Part shown: piece by piece, positions 33,505 through 42,900 of the stretch
Position numbering within the stretch: position 1 is the first letter of the stretch
Layout: every line of letters begins with the position of its first letter
NCBI GenBank assembly: GCA_945865755.1
Contig: CAMBFS010000001.1
Location: 3,210-67,209, forward strand
DNA: 64,000 nucleotides
Source of the DNA: Klebsiella pneumoniae
Lineage (GTDB): Bacteria > Desulfobacterota > Binatia > Bin18
Direction: 5' to 3'
Notes under the pieces: model-generated
What the model saw: the letters and a program-made list of their open reading frames with translations, nothing else
The model's database searches: none
Told to the model about the DNA's origin: nothing
Translations under genes and position numbers: made by a program

Positions 33505-33608
33505 AAGTCTCTACTAAGAGATGGGCCCAGCTCTTAGTAGAGACCAATTGTGACGTTCAATAGTCGTGAGGCAACTTTCAAGAAAATTTCCGATAGACTC
33601 CGAACCCG

Positions 33609-33803
33609 ATGCCACGAAAAATCAGAGAACTCGTCCGAGACCTTGAGCGAGCAGGCTTCGTCAATCGCGGGGGAAGAGGGGATCATAGAAATCTTGAGCA
33701 TCCCAAGGGGATGCGGGTCACTCTTTCGGGGCACCGTGGCGACGACGCGAAGTCCTACCAAGAACATGAGGTCCGCAGGAAAATCCAGGAGGCAAAGTCG
33801 TGA
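33609..33803 (+). CDS. hicA: HicA family toxin
   Basis: L...LE.AGF....G.GDH....HP, 64 aa. Confidence 0.88.
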   Translation: MPRKIRELVRDLERAGFVNRGGRGDHRNLEHPKGMRVTLSGHRGDDAKSYQEHEVRRKIQEAKS

Positions 33804-34012
33804 AAGACAGTGCACGGTATATGAAGCTGGTCGAATGGTCGGACGAGGATCAGTGTTTTGTCGGGCAATGCCCCGGTATTATTGGCCCCTGCTGTCACGG
33901 AGAGGAGGAGACAGAGGTTTATGCGGAGCTGTGCCAAATTGTTGAGGAGTGGGTAGCCCTTATGACCCAAGCAGGAAAGCCTCTCCCACCCTCAACCATC
34001 GGGAAAACGTGA
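33800..34012 (+). CDS. hicB: HicB family antitoxin
   Basis: Y...VEWSDEDQCFVG.CP, GKPLPP; GTGA overlap with hicA. Confidence 0.85.
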   Translation: MKDSARYMKLVEWSDEDQCFVGQCPGIIGPCCHGEEETEVYAELCQIVEEWVALMTQAGKPLPPSTIGKT

Positions 34013-34032
34013 CGGCGCGATTCTTAGCAACG

Positions 34033-34130
34033 GCCTAACCCAGCGCTGCACCGCAGCGCCGCCCGCGCGCGACTCTGCCAAATCTGAAAAGACCCGACGG
34101 GGCGGCTCCCGGTGAGCGGGGGCGTGAGCC
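34033..34130 (+). repeat. attC-like site 1 (98 bp)
   Basis: R'' gcctaac, L'' gct(g)caccg, L' cggtgagc, R' gtgagcc. Confidence 0.8.
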
Positions 34131-34175
34131 TGCTCCAACTAGCCTTTGAGGCTTCTCATCGGTACACTCCCTCGC

Positions 34176-34472
34176 ATGGCGGAACTGCGCTTTGATTGGG
34201 ATCCGAAAAAAAATCGAGACAATCAACGCGACCACAAGGTTGCCTTTGAAGAAGCGAAGACTGCGTTTGCAGACGCCCACGGCCTCTTGGTGGCTGACCC
34301 AGATCACTCGGAAGAGGAAGACCGGTTTCTGTTGCTCGGCCTGAGTGCCAGACTGCGGCTGTTGGTCGTCTGCCACACGTATCGAGAGGAAGACGAAGGG
34401 ATTCGTCTCATTTCGGCCCGCACAGCGGACCGGTCGGAACGGACACAATACAGTAGGCGGTGGAAACGATGA
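34176..34472 (+). CDS. brnT: BrnT family toxin
   Basis: FDWDPKKN..N...H.V.FEEA..AF.D, HS..EDR, IRLISAR. Confidence 0.92.
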   Translation: MAELRFDWDPKKNRDNQRDHKVAFEEAKTAFADAHGLLVADPDHSEEEDRFLLLGLSARLRLLVVCHTYREEDEGIRLISARTADRSERTQYSRRWKR

Positions 34473-34687
34473 GAAGGCATTATGATTTTTCCCAAGCCCA
34501 GCCAAACCCTTATGCGAAGCGGATGAAAAGAGACGTGACCGTAGCTCTTGATGAAGGAACAGTAGAATATTTTGAGGCGCTCGCGGCGGAAACAGGGATT
34601 CCAGGGCGGACGCTTATGAATTTGTACTTACGGGAGTGTGCGGCAAGTCGGAAAAGACTCACCCTGCACTGGAAGCCTGCCGCATGA
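34469..34687 (+). CDS. brnA: BrnA family antitoxin
   Basis: YDFS.A..NPYA, VT..LD...VEYF, LMNLYLREC. Confidence 0.88.
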   Translation: MRRHYDFSQAQPNPYAKRMKRDVTVALDEGTVEYFEALAAETGIPGRTLMNLYLRECAASRKRLTLHWKPAA

Positions 34688-34695
34688 AAAGCGCA

Positions 34696-34793
34696 GGCTA
34701 ACCCGGTGCTGCACCGCAGCGCCGCCCGCGACCGACTCTGCCAAATCCGAAAAGACCCGCCCAAGCGGCTCCCGGTGAGCGGAGGCGTGAGCC
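34696..34793 (+). repeat. attC-like site 2 (98 bp)
   Basis: Close paralog of site 1: ggctaac...gct(g)caccg...cggtgagc...gtgagcc. Confidence 0.8.
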
Positions 34794-34906
34794 GCTTGGG
34801 CGGGTATCGGCCACTGTCGCCGGGGAGTGGCGTAGCAGCGAGGACCGCGGATGAGGGACAGCGCAAACTGCCCACGTGCAGGCGGACAACGGTGTAGGAG
34901 CCCCGC

Positions 34907-35005
34907 GTCTAACCCACGCGTGCTCGTGCCCGCCGCCCGCTGGCGAATTAGACTGCACCTGAAAGGACCCGGCTGGGCGGCGGCCCGAGACCGCAGACGT
35001 TCAAC
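34907..35005 (+). repeat. attC-like site 3 (99 bp, more diverged)
   Basis: gtctaac...gccgcccgc...gacccggctgggcggc...gttcaac. Confidence 0.65.
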
Positions 35006-35031
35006 CCTCGCTTTATTAAGGAAGGAATGCC

Positions 35032-35310
35032 ATGACCGTAAGGCAACCACGTTTGAGTAAAGAAGAACATGCCCGACTCGGTACAGCCATCTACGAACAA
35101 CGAGTGCGCCCGCAAGTCGATGCGGGTAATCACGGGAAGATCGTTGCCATTGATGTAGAGACAGGTGCATTCGAAGTAGCTGAGGATACGCTGACGGCTT
35201 CAGAGCGCCTGCTGAGCCACTATCCAGATGCGCAGATTTGGTGTGTCCGCATCGGCCACCGTGGGGTACACCGGTTTGGGTTGCGTCCCATGGCGGCGGG
35301 CGAGGTATGA
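35032..35310 (+). CDS. Small hypothetical protein of the type usually paired with a retropepsin-like protease
   Basis: IYEQ.VRP......GKIVAIDVETG.FE, P.AQIW..RIG; ATGA overlap with next gene. Confidence 0.75.
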   Translation: MTVRQPRLSKEEHARLGTAIYEQRVRPQVDAGNHGKIVAIDVETGAFEVAEDTLTASERLLSHYPDAQIWCVRIGHRGVHRFGLRPMAAGEV

Positions 35311-35651
35311 TCACGGGGGTCGTCAACACCAATCGAGAAGCGATCCTTCGGCTTGTGGTAGCTGGACCGAGTGGACAGCAGCAGGAAATCGAGGCGATCA
35401 TCGACACGGGCTTCACTGGTTTTTTGACATTACCTCCTGCTCTTGTTGCGGCCCTGGGCTTATCATGGTTGAGTCGCCAACCTGGTATTCTTGCTGACGG
35501 CAGCGTGGATGTTTTTGACGTGTACGTGGCGACGCCCAAGCCACCGATCGAGAAAGTATTGAAACAATTGACCCAAGGCGAGAAGGGAGATTTGTCTGCC
35601 TTTCTTCTCGGTTCCATCCAGCTTCGAGCACGGGTGGAGGAAACCAAGTAG
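35307..35651 (+). CDS. Clan AA aspartic protease (AF_0612-like), C-terminus apparently replaced
   Basis: MITGVVN, IDTGFTGFLTLP, LADGS; sequence after VYVAT does not fit the family as I recall it. Confidence 0.75.
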   Translation: MITGVVNTNREAILRLVVAGPSGQQQEIEAIIDTGFTGFLTLPPALVAALGLSWLSRQPGILADGSVDVFDVYVATPKPPIEKVLKQLTQGEKGDLSAFLLGSIQLRARVEETK

Positions 35652-35675
35652 CGTTCGACGTTTTAGGAGACCTCT

Positions 35676-36254
35676 GTGAAGCTCACCGTCGCCCCGCTCA
35701 CCTCCGAGCGCTGGTCTGACCTCGAAGCGATATTCGCGGGCAAAGGATGTTCGTTTGCGCGTACCTGCTGGTGTATGGACTACCGACTCAGCGGCAAGCG
35801 ACCGGCGCTTGCGCCTGGGCAGACACGGGCAGAGGCGAATCGGGCAGCGCTGAAAAATCTGGTTCAAGGCGGGAGCGTTCCCGGTCTTATTGGTTATCGG
35901 GGAAGCACCCCTGTCGGCTGGGTTTCACTAGCTCCTCGCGAAGAGTACACGCGGCTGAAACGGTCGTCTGTCATGAAAGCCGTGGACGAACAGCCTGTAT
36001 GGTCGGTCATTTGCTTCGTGGTCCCGTCGGAATATCGGGGTCAGGGAATTGCCGAAGCCCTCCTGAAGGCGGCGGTGAATTACGCGAAGAAGAAGGGTGC
36101 CAAGATCGTGGAGGCGTATCCCATCGATAAACCGAGCCGTTCAAACGACAGTTTCATGTGGTTCGGTGCGAAGTCGATGTACGACAAGGCCGGGTTCGAG
36201 GAGGTTGCGCGTCGCAAACCACAGCGTCCGATTGTTCGTTTGAAGCCAGCATAA
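35676..36254 (+). CDS. GNAT family N-acetyltransferase
   Basis: CWCM, PVGW.S.APRE, WSVICF.V...YRGQG, VEAYP. Confidence 0.9.
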   Translation: MKLTVAPLTSERWSDLEAIFAGKGCSFARTCWCMDYRLSGKRPALAPGQTRAEANRAALKNLVQGGSVPGLIGYRGSTPVGWVSLAPREEYTRLKRSSVMKAVDEQPVWSVICFVVPSEYRGQGIAEALLKAAVNYAKKKGAKIVEAYPIDKPSRSNDSFMWFGAKSMYDKAGFEEVARRKPQRPIVRLKPA

Positions 36255-36375
36255 AAGAAAGTATGGAAAACACGCCTCACGCGCCAATGGCGAGATTACA
36301 GACGCCTACTTGGTGCACTACTCAGGTGGCCTCACATTTCTGGATGCAGCGTCCTGGCGCCACTACCTTATCTTA

Positions 36376-37281
36376 TCATCGCATCGGCCCAACCGTTACC
36401 TTAACATCCAAGGTCTGGGTCCCACCGCCATGAATCACCCCACGTACCGGCGTGACATCAAGGAAGTCGCGCCCCCAGCCAATCGTGATGTGCTCCACCG
36501 ACGGCAGCAGATTGTTGGTGGGATCAAAGTCGATCCACCCACAGCCAGGCACGAACAGCGAAACCCACGCATGCGACGCATCCGCCCCTATCCTCCGCGG
36601 TTGGCCCAGTGGCGGATGCGTCAGCAGATACCCACTCACATAGCGCGCGGCCAGCCCCAGCGACCGCAAACACGAAATCATGAAATGCGAGAAGTCTTGG
36701 CACACCCCACGTTTCTGTTCGAAAAACGACATCACCGACGTCGTCACCGTCGTCGCCGCCGCGTCGAACTTGAAGTCGCGATGAATCTTCTCCATTAACG
36801 CGCTGGCGGCCACGACCAGCGGACGCCCAGGAAGAAAACAGTCGCTCGCATACTGCCGCAGATCGCGTTTCACGCGGACATGGGGCGATTCAAACAGGAA
36901 CTGCGTAGCGTCCAGGATGGTCGCGTCAGGACGCCAAGTCGCGCGATAGGCCAACGCCTCACGCACGGTTTCCCAAGGCGGGGTCTCCTCCCCACGGGGC
37001 GGAAGCCGCGAACTCACCTCAATGATCGAGCGCGCGACAACCTCGAGCGCGTCGTGCGCGGTCTCCAGCGCCAGGACGGTCACGGGATTGCCAAAGGGGT
37101 CACACCCCTCGTGCCGGAGTGTGGGCTCGGGCGTCACCCGTACTTCATGACTGTGGACCTGTTGGCACGCGACCGGGCGCGGCGTCAGGTGAAGCTGTTG
37201 ATGAGACAAGGAAACCGGAGCCGAATACCGATAGTGGGTGCGGTGTTCGACGCGGTAGCGCCGGGCGTCGGGTGTGTTCAT
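36376..37281 (-). CDS. Transglutaminase family protein
   Basis: Y.V.H.T.Y.Y, GVCQDFSH, ARYVSGYL, ASHAWV, FDPTN, GRDF.DV.P. Confidence 0.93.
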   Translation of the reverse strand: MNTPDARRYRVEHRTHYRYSAPVSLSHQQLHLTPRPVACQQVHSHEVRVTPEPTLRHEGCDPFGNPVTVLALETAHDALEVVARSIIEVSSRLPPRGEETPPWETVREALAYRATWRPDATILDATQFLFESPHVRVKRDLRQYASDCFLPGRPLVVAASALMEKIHRDFKFDAAATTVTTSVMSFFEQKRGVCQDFSHFMISCLRSLGLAARYVSGYLLTHPPLGQPRRIGADASHAWVSLFVPGCGWIDFDPTNNLLPSVEHITIGWGRDFLDVTPVRGVIHGGGTQTLDVKVTVGPMR

Positions 37282-39806
37282 GCGGCCACACTCGATTGCG
37301 CCCGTTCACCCACGTGGATAAAGAAGCGCTGCGCGATTTCATCGGACAACCCATACGCCGCGCGTTGGCAGGCGGCGAGCAAGGTCACAAGTTCATTACT
37401 CTCCAGTGCCGCCGCGCCCGTGCGGCCCAGCTCGTCCAGTCGCGCGAGGTCAAAATCTCGTAACGCCTGGATCAAAAGCCGCAGGTCGTGCACCGGGCGA
37501 AAGCCTAACCTCTGGGCAAGCGTCGCGAGCGCGCGCCCCAAGCCCACGAGCTGAAACCCGACGGCATGGGGGTTCGATTCGTCAAAGACCAGCAGATCAA
37601 TCACCGGCAGCAGCTCGGGCTGGCGTTGATAGCGGGCGCGATAGGTAATGCTACTGTTGCCCACTTCCAAGAGCCCGCCGAGCGCCGTATCGCGCTTGGC
37701 CGCGGGTCGCACGAGCAGTTGGCGGATCATCGACGCGAGAAACGCCAGCCGTTCAATTTGCCGCCCCAGGAGGAGGAATTGCCAGGCATCATCGCGGGTC
37801 ATGTCATCAAACGCATACCCGGCAAGCGCGGTACAAGCCGGGAGCATGCGGTTCAACACCCCCAGGGCTTCCTCAATGTTGATCGGTGCCGGTTCATGCT
37901 CATGCGCGAGCCGCTGCACCGTATACCAGTTATCCAGCGAGATGCGCTCACGAATCTGCGTCGTACAGTACAGTAGCCGGGCGGTGTTGGCGGGCAGCCC
38001 ATTCTCAACCCGTGGGTCTCCCACCGCGGCCATGACCCAAGCGTCCCCATTGGGCGCGGTGGTGGCCGCGGGGGCTTTCTTTTTCCGTCCGCCGTGAACG
38101 GTGGTGGCGTCGCGGAGCTTTTCCGTATCGCATAAGGCCAGCAGCATGTCCACGCCAAGCGAGTCGGCGGGGTCGTTTTCCACCAGGCGACGCGCGGTCG
38201 CGCGCAGCAAGCGGCCAAAGTCCTCCACCCGCTCGGCGTAGCGCCCCATCCAGAACGAATTCTCCACCGCGCGTGACGGAGAGTATTGTCCCCCCCGCAC
38301 GATATCGCGGGCCGTCACCTGCGGGTGCAACAAGGATTCCCAATTGGTGACCGCACCGTCGAGCACCCAGGTATCCTTGCTTGACCCCCCACGCTGCATA
38401 CTAATGACTTCCGTGTCCGCGTCGGGGGAGACCCGCGTCAACCCGCCGGGCATCACCTCGTAGCCATTGGCGCTCGCCACCGCGTACAGTCGTAAGCCGA
38501 TCGCGCGCGGTTCAAATCGCTGCCGCTTACCGAGCCAGGTTGGCGCATGGGAAAGCCGGACCCATTCCTGCGCGACGTAGGCATGCGGGTTGTCACGCAG
38601 TCGCTTGACCATCTGTTCCTGGGCCGCCGCGTCGAGCCGGTGACCGAAAGTGGCCTCCAGCTTCATGGAGGGAAAGGCGGACTTGATGACGAGATCAGGC
38701 AGATGGGCCACCACATGGTCGAGCGCGGGCGCTTCCCCACACCACCACGTCGCCACCGAAGGTAAGACGAGCGACTCCCCCAAGAGGGCTTGGCAAATCC
38801 CCGGCAGAAACCCCAGTAACGCGGGATTCTCTAGCACACCTGAGCCGAGCGCATTGGCAATGACCACATGGCCGGCCTGAGCCGCGGCAAGCAAGCCCGG
38901 CACCCCCAACGCGGAATCGGCGCGTAACGTCGCGGGGTCGCAGTACTCGTCATCCAGCCGGCGGAGCAGCACATGCACGCGCTTGAGCCCTTCCAGGGTT
39001 TTCAAGTAGACGCGATTCTCGCGCACGGTCAGGTCGGAGCCTTCCACCAGGACAAAGCCGAGGTAGCGCGCCAGGAAGACGTGCTCAAAGTAGGTTTCGT
39101 TGTACGGGCCGGGGGTGAGCAACGCGATCACCGGCGGCTCGCCATTGGTCGGCGCGAGCGCGGCCAAGCGCTCTTGCAGCGTGCGGAAGAAATGCGCGAG
39201 GCGTTGCACGCCGAGTGTCCGAAACAACGTGCCGTGCATCGGCCCCACGATGAGCCGGTTCTGCAACGCGTAGCCGCTCCCCGACGGGCCTTGCGTCCGA
39301 TCCGCCAGTATCCACCAGCGTCCATCCGCGGAGCGCGCGAGGTCACAACTATAGAGGTGGAGATAGGTCCCCCCCACCGGCGGGACACCCCGGCAGGGCC
39401 ACAGATAGTTGCGATGCCCATAGATAATCGCCGGGGGCAGTAACCCCTCGGCCAGCAACCGCCCCGGTCCGTACAGGTCAGCCAAGACCATGTTCAATAA
39501 GCGCGCGCGTTGGGCCACGGCGCGGGCGAGGACATGCCATTCCTCGGGGCCGATAATCAAGGGCAGCACGTCCACTTCCCACGGGCGGTCCGCCCCCTTG
39601 GTATCCGCGTAAATGTTATAGGTGACGCCGTCCTGCTCGACCGCTCGCCGAACGGATCGGGCATGCCGCATCAACTCGGCCTGGCCCATCCGCGACACTG
39701 TTTGCGCGAATTGTTCCCAATGCGAGCGCGGCTGCCCCGCGCTCGCAAACACTTCATCATAGCGGTCAGGCTTGAGGGCGTAGCTCGTGAATTTTGACGA
39801 TGTCAT
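37278..39806 (-). CDS. Circularly permuted ATP-grasp fused to alpha-E domain
   Basis: GVTYN.Y, PSGSGYA, NETYFEH, GGSSKDTWV, then SRAVENSFWMGRYAER, GRQIER, ESNPH. Confidence 0.92.
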   Translation of the reverse strand: MTSSKFTSYALKPDRYDEVFASAGQPRSHWEQFAQTVSRMGQAELMRHARSVRRAVEQDGVTYNIYADTKGADRPWEVDVLPLIIGPEEWHVLARAVAQRARLLNMVLADLYGPGRLLAEGLLPPAIIYGHRNYLWPCRGVPPVGGTYLHLYSCDLARSADGRWWILADRTQGPSGSGYALQNRLIVGPMHGTLFRTLGVQRLAHFFRTLQERLAALAPTNGEPPVIALLTPGPYNETYFEHVFLARYLGFVLVEGSDLTVRENRVYLKTLEGLKRVHVLLRRLDDEYCDPATLRADSALGVPGLLAAAQAGHVVIANALGSGVLENPALLGFLPGICQALLGESLVLPSVATWWCGEAPALDHVVAHLPDLVIKSAFPSMKLEATFGHRLDAAAQEQMVKRLRDNPHAYVAQEWVRLSHAPTWLGKRQRFEPRAIGLRLYAVASANGYEVMPGGLTRVSPDADTEVISMQRGGSSKDTWVLDGAVTNWESLLHPQVTARDIVRGGQYSPSRAVENSFWMGRYAERVEDFGRLLRATARRLVENDPADSLGVDMLLALCDTEKLRDATTVHGGRKKKAPAATTAPNGDAWVMAAVGDPRVENGLPANTARLLYCTTQIRERISLDNWYTVQRLAHEHEPAPINIEEALGVLNRMLPACTALAGYAFDDMTRDDAWQFLLLGRQIERLAFLASMIRQLLVRPAAKRDTALGGLLEVGNSSITYRARYQRQPELLPVIDLLVFDESNPHAVGFQLVGLGRALATLAQRLGFRPVHDLRLLIQALRDFDLARLDELGRTGAAALESNELVTLLAACQRAAYGLSDEIAQRFFIHVGERAQSSVAA
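39759..39806. repeat. Direct repeat copy A (5' end of ATP-grasp/alpha-E gene)
   Basis: 46/48 identical to 46479-46526; 40 bp exact (39763-39802 = 46483-46522). Confidence 0.95.
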
Positions 39807-39988
39807 GGGTGGTATGTCCGGGGAAAAGACAGAAAAATGTGGAGTGTGAAACGACCTTTTTTCTCTTCTCTCTTATCAATTTTGATGATCAAAATCGGTC
39901 ATGGCCGTAAGGTCGCTTTCAGGTTCCTTCTCCCAGCCGGGAGAGGGAGCTTCGAAATCTCCTAACTTAATGCCATTACTCTTCTGCC

Positions 39989-42900
39989 CTACCATGTTCC
40001 ACGGTATTCCCCGGTCAAGGTAACGCCTGCCCAGAAGTAGGGGGCTTGCCAGGACCGCTGTTGATCTTCGAGGACCGCTAACTGGGCGGCCCGGAGGGCG
40101 CTGGCTGTTGTCTGATGTTGCTGCAACTGGCGGTGGAAATGCGTCATCAGGGCTGCGGTTGCCGCATCGTTCACGGTCCACAGTGTCGAAATGACACTAG
40201 GTGTTCCAGCGGAGAGGAAGGCTCGGGTCAAGCCGATAATCTCATCGCCATTACTCTGTGCCCCCAGGGCCGTATTACAAGCTGAGAGAACAACCAGATG
40301 GGTAGCGCTCAGATCAAGACCGTAGATGTCCAAGGCTTTCAGTTGACCAGCGGGCTGATCAGCGGGACTGAGCTTGATGTAACTGAGCAGTGCATGGGTT
40401 TGATTGTAGACGCCATGCGCGGCGAGATGGAGGACTGTGCTGCCGCCAGCCTTCTCATACAGCCGCGTTTTGGTGGCCTCAGCTCCCACCAGCGCTTGGG
40501 TCTGGTACAGCGCGGCAATGGCCTTGGCCTCGGTTGCGGCCTCCGGTAAGGAGCCGTCCGGGTTACCAAACACCAGTATCTGGGGAGTAGTCGCCTGGCG
40601 TTTGGGCCGCACAAAACGCAGGACGCTCGCGCTGGGAGCTAGGGTCAACGCATAGTCCTGCAGGAGATAGCGTTGGCTGGTTTTGTTCCGCAAGGCACTA
40701 AACGGCAAATAATGTAACGGTCCATGCGGTACGATGATCAGATTAGTGTGGCGAATAGCGGATTGGAGAGGCGCGATAAGCTGTGTATGGAGCAGCTCCA
40801 GTGCTGGTGGGCTCGCTCCCTGGGGGTGGGTGAGCAAGTCGTTGAGGGTCCGTACATCGGTGGCCAATTGTCCCTTGGGCACTGGCAAGGTGAACAACTG
40901 AGCCTTGTCCCGGTCGATTACCCACGCGAGGGTCTGTTTGGTGGTGACAAAGTACGAAATGAGAGTGGTGTGTTCATCCAGAAGATCGCGTTGTATCTCC
41001 GCCAGACTGACGGTATGAACGCTGAAAAGCGCGGCGTACTCCGGGTGCGTCTGTTGGAGACGTGCTAATGCTTTGTCGTACTCCTGGCGTTTCTGCTCCC
41101 ACTGCTGACGTATGGTTTGACATGCGGTGTTCTCAGGTTCCTCTCCGCGTGTGGGCTCACTTGGACAGGCGGCGAGACGGTTCTGCAAGACCGTCAGGGC
41201 GCTGCGTAGTTCCTCCATAGGCGCGCGGACTTCCGGTGGCGCCCCGTGGACGGGGAGCGCGCGCTGGCCGAGCTGATTTAAGAAGGCGCGCGCCCGTGCT
41301 CGTTCGGCATACGCAAAACTGCCAGCGGTATCCTGGCCGGTGGCGAGCAATTCAATAACGTGTTCGTAGAGTGGAGTCTGAGCACTGGCAAAGCCGGCCA
41401 CCAAGCTATCGAGGCGTATGGCGCCCTGGACATTCTCAACGGCGTCGATGGCTGCATAATACCACTTGATAGCTTCTGGGAGCTGCCCTTGTTTTTCGTA
41501 GACGGTGGCAATGCCCTGCAAGGCCGTAGCCTGCAGTTCGAGCGGCAGATATTTCTCAACCATCTGATACGTCCGGAGGGCTTCGGAAAGCTGCCCCCGA
41601 GTCAGAAGGTCATGTGCGCTCCGTAGCTGTTGACTGTCATCAAGGAGATTTTCTCCAGGGAGGCAGAATGCAAGCTGTGATTTCGCGGGAAGGCCAGCCT
41701 GTTTTGCCTGTTGGTCTTCTTCGGTTAGGCTCTGCCGCGGAGATTTCCGTGTCGATGCTTCGCGACTCGGCAGACCGCCATGGGTAACCTCAGTACTCGG
41801 TAAATCGACCGACGACGTGGCCTCAACCTGTTCCCACGCCTTGAGGTAATTCTCCCGGGCTTTATCGAGGCGGTCACGACGCGCGAAAAGGTCTCCTAAC
41901 ATATTCAGGCGCGTGATTTCCAGGCGAGGTGGACAGACTATGAGGCGTGTGGCAGAGGGAGCAACGTCAGCTTGCCACTGTAGGAGAGGGGCGATCATTG
42001 GCTGGACTTGTTGCGCCATAGCCTGGGATGTCAGGCCGCCTTCTATCATCATCTTACCTGTGCGATAGCCTCTTATGAACTTCTGATGGTACTCCAGCGC
42101 CATCTTACGCTGTTGCTGCAAGGATTCCTCGACTTGCACGCGATAGCGACAGCGAGTTTTCTCTTCCTGGGGCTTCTGCTGACACTGGGCCAGCATTTCG
42201 GCTAGCAACGGTCCCGGCTCGGGGTGATGCTCTGGCACCGGCACGCGCCGCTCGTTGGGGACAGAGGCTTGGCGCTCCCAGCGTGGGGTTTCTGCTTGGA
42301 ATTCCGCGAGGGCTTCGCGTTGATACCGCTGAAACTGCTTGTCCGTGGAGGAAAGCGGAGGAAGAGGGATATTCTCTTCCTCAAACGAGCTGTCATCGTT
42401 TTCCTGTCGCATCATGTTCAGAACCGCCTCCGGGACCCGGTGAGGTCCAGCAAAGAGGCGGTGACGCATAGCAATAGCCAGCGCTTTGCTTTCCTGCGGT
42501 TTCAGCAGTGGCCGCAGCACGGTCTCCGCCTGACGTAAAGCGTCCTCTGCCTTGAGGTCAGCGCCCAGGCGGACATACAACTTCGCTATCTGGATGAGTC
42601 CTTGCGCTCGGGTCAGTGCTGGGCTGTCTGGCCCCCAGAAAGACTGGGCCGCTTCAAAGTGTGTGAGGGCCTCTTCATAGAGCCCCAGCAAGCGGGCCGA
42701 CAATCCGAGAAAAGTATGGGTCTTAGCGGCAGCATGGCGGTCATCAAGCGTCTGCCAGAGGGCGAGCGCCTCGGTCAACAACTGCCGGGATTTGGTCGTA
42801 AGGCCGAGGTTCTGGTAGGTTTCGCCAAGGCTCGTCAAAATGGCGGCTTCGGCTTGGCGATTCTTGAGATCGCGCGCTAGGTCAAGTGCTAGGCGGTAGT

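Noticed and set aside
34033-35005. Repeats as a CRISPR array
   Set aside because: Units are ~98 bp, separated by genes, with attC architecture; no cas genes in the window
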